Shown here piece after piece: positions 27,096-27,646 of a stretch of 27,646 nucleotides of DNA. The stretch is taken from positions 1 to 27,646 of IMG/VR virus record IMGVR_UViG_3300020042_005216; one strand, written 5' to 3'. Each line of letters begins with the position of its first letter. The first letter of the stretch is position 1. This DNA is from a virus. Lineage: Duplodnaviria; Caudoviricetes. Below the pieces are notes generated by a model, which had not been told where the DNA came from, did not search any database, and saw nothing but the letters and a program-made list of their open reading frames with translations. Position numbers and translations under genes: made by a program.

Positions 27096-27420
27096 CTTCA
27101 TCCTCATGTAACAATGCTAATAAACTTTTGTCTTTATTATTAGCTTTTAATTCAAAATAATAATCAGCATTAGTATCTATAAACTCTTTAAATAAAGTTA
27201 ATTCTTTAATTAGTAATTCTAATTTATCATACTTTTCTTTTAATGATTTCTTATCATATATGTGCATATCAAGCTCTGATTTACGATAACAGTCAGATAT
27301 ACATATAGTACCATCCATAGAATAAGCACTAATATCTGCTCTGATTTCAATCATTGCAGTTCCTTTAGTTTTATTAAGGAATTTCCTTGAATAATAACTA
27401 GGGTGTTTTGTTTTAGCCAT
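27088..27420 (-). CDS. hypothetical protein
   Basis: Start moved to MAKTKHP (AAGGA RBS upstream) because the longer ORF overlaps a tRNA-like element; YYSRKFLN...ISDCYRK. Confidence 0.7.
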   Translation of the reverse strand: MAKTKHPSYYSRKFLNKTKGTAMIEIRADISAYSMDGTICISDCYRKSELDMHIYDKKSLKEKYDKLELLIKELTLFKEFIDTNADYYFELKANNKDKSLLALLHEDEDD

Positions 27421-27439
27421 TGTTGTGTCCTTGATTAGA

Positions 27440-27513
27440 GAGTGGTAGTGGGGTTCGAACGCCACATCCCGAAGCTTATACATCCTCGATTCTACCAGTT
27501 GAATTATACCACT
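27440..27513 (-). tRNA. degenerate tRNA-like gene (possible pseudo-tRNA; anticodon uncertain, UAU in the canonical register)
   Basis: Reverse complement: AGTGGTA TA ATTC AACTGGTA GAAT C GAGGA TGTATAA GCTTC GGGAT GTGGCG TTCGAAC CCCAC TACCACT C. Acceptor and D stems are perfect and the T-loop is TTCGAAC, but there is G33, an A:G mismatch at 31:39 and a T-stem bulge. Confidence 0.6.
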
Positions 27514-27557
27514 GTCATTTTGTCTGTGACTCCGTAACGGTAGAGTCGGACCGAGGG

Positions 27558-27629
27558 TTGCGGGAAAAGGAGTCGCACCTTTGACCTATGGATTATGAGT
27601 CCATCGCTCTTCTACTGAGCTACCCCGCT
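27558..27629 (-). tRNA. tRNA with CAU anticodon (Met; initiator-like 1:72 mismatch)
   Basis: Reverse complement: AGCGGGG TA GCTC AGTAGAA GAGC G ATGGA CTCATAA TCCAT AGGTC AAAGG TGCGACT CCTTT TCCCGCA A; full cloverleaf; CCA not encoded (CCC). Confidence 0.88.
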
Positions 27630-27646
27630 TTTCTATTAGGTACCTG

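Noticed and set aside
27421-27483. ORF-track start of the 131-aa protein
   Set aside because: It lies in the tRNA-like element; there is a better RBS and start at 27420.
27528-27547. Small hairpin gactc-cgtaacggta-gagtc (with inner ccg-taa-cgg) between the tRNAs as an N4-type hairpin promoter
   Set aside because: Single copy in the window and the loop does not match the GNA-type triloop of N4 promoters; it cannot be supported without the rest of the genome.

Overview
AT-rich dsDNA tailed-phage (podovirus-like) genome segment. Bases 1-26047 form one tightly packed + strand late/structural operon with many ATGA/TAATG overlaps. It runs through a cluster of modular tail-fibre genes (two with C-terminal intramolecular-chaperone S74-type ends), fibre chaperones, a lysis cassette (several small membrane proteins, a holin-like gene and a GH24 endolysin), a tail nozzle/stabilisation protein, another fibre and chaperone, and a GNAT-like gene. 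It then encodes a set of internal-virion/ejection proteins. One of these carries a GH108 muramidase domain and one an N-terminal thermonuclease (SNase)-like domain. The last, 1186 aa, has recognisable motifs A, B and C of a highly divergent T7/N4-type single-subunit RNA polymerase, suggesting a virion-packaged RNAP encoded as a stand-alone gene. A bidirectional intrinsic terminator separates this operon from convergent - strand genes: hypotheticals, a Dps/ferritin-like gene, a degenerate tRNA-like element and a tRNA(CAU). Other notable signals are exact DNA repeats at module junctions of the tail-fibre genes, a recurrent [FYM]xxG[TSD]xx[VI] peptide motif in two ejection proteins, and a +1 frameshift near base 143. 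All calls come from reading motifs by eye; no database searches were run.
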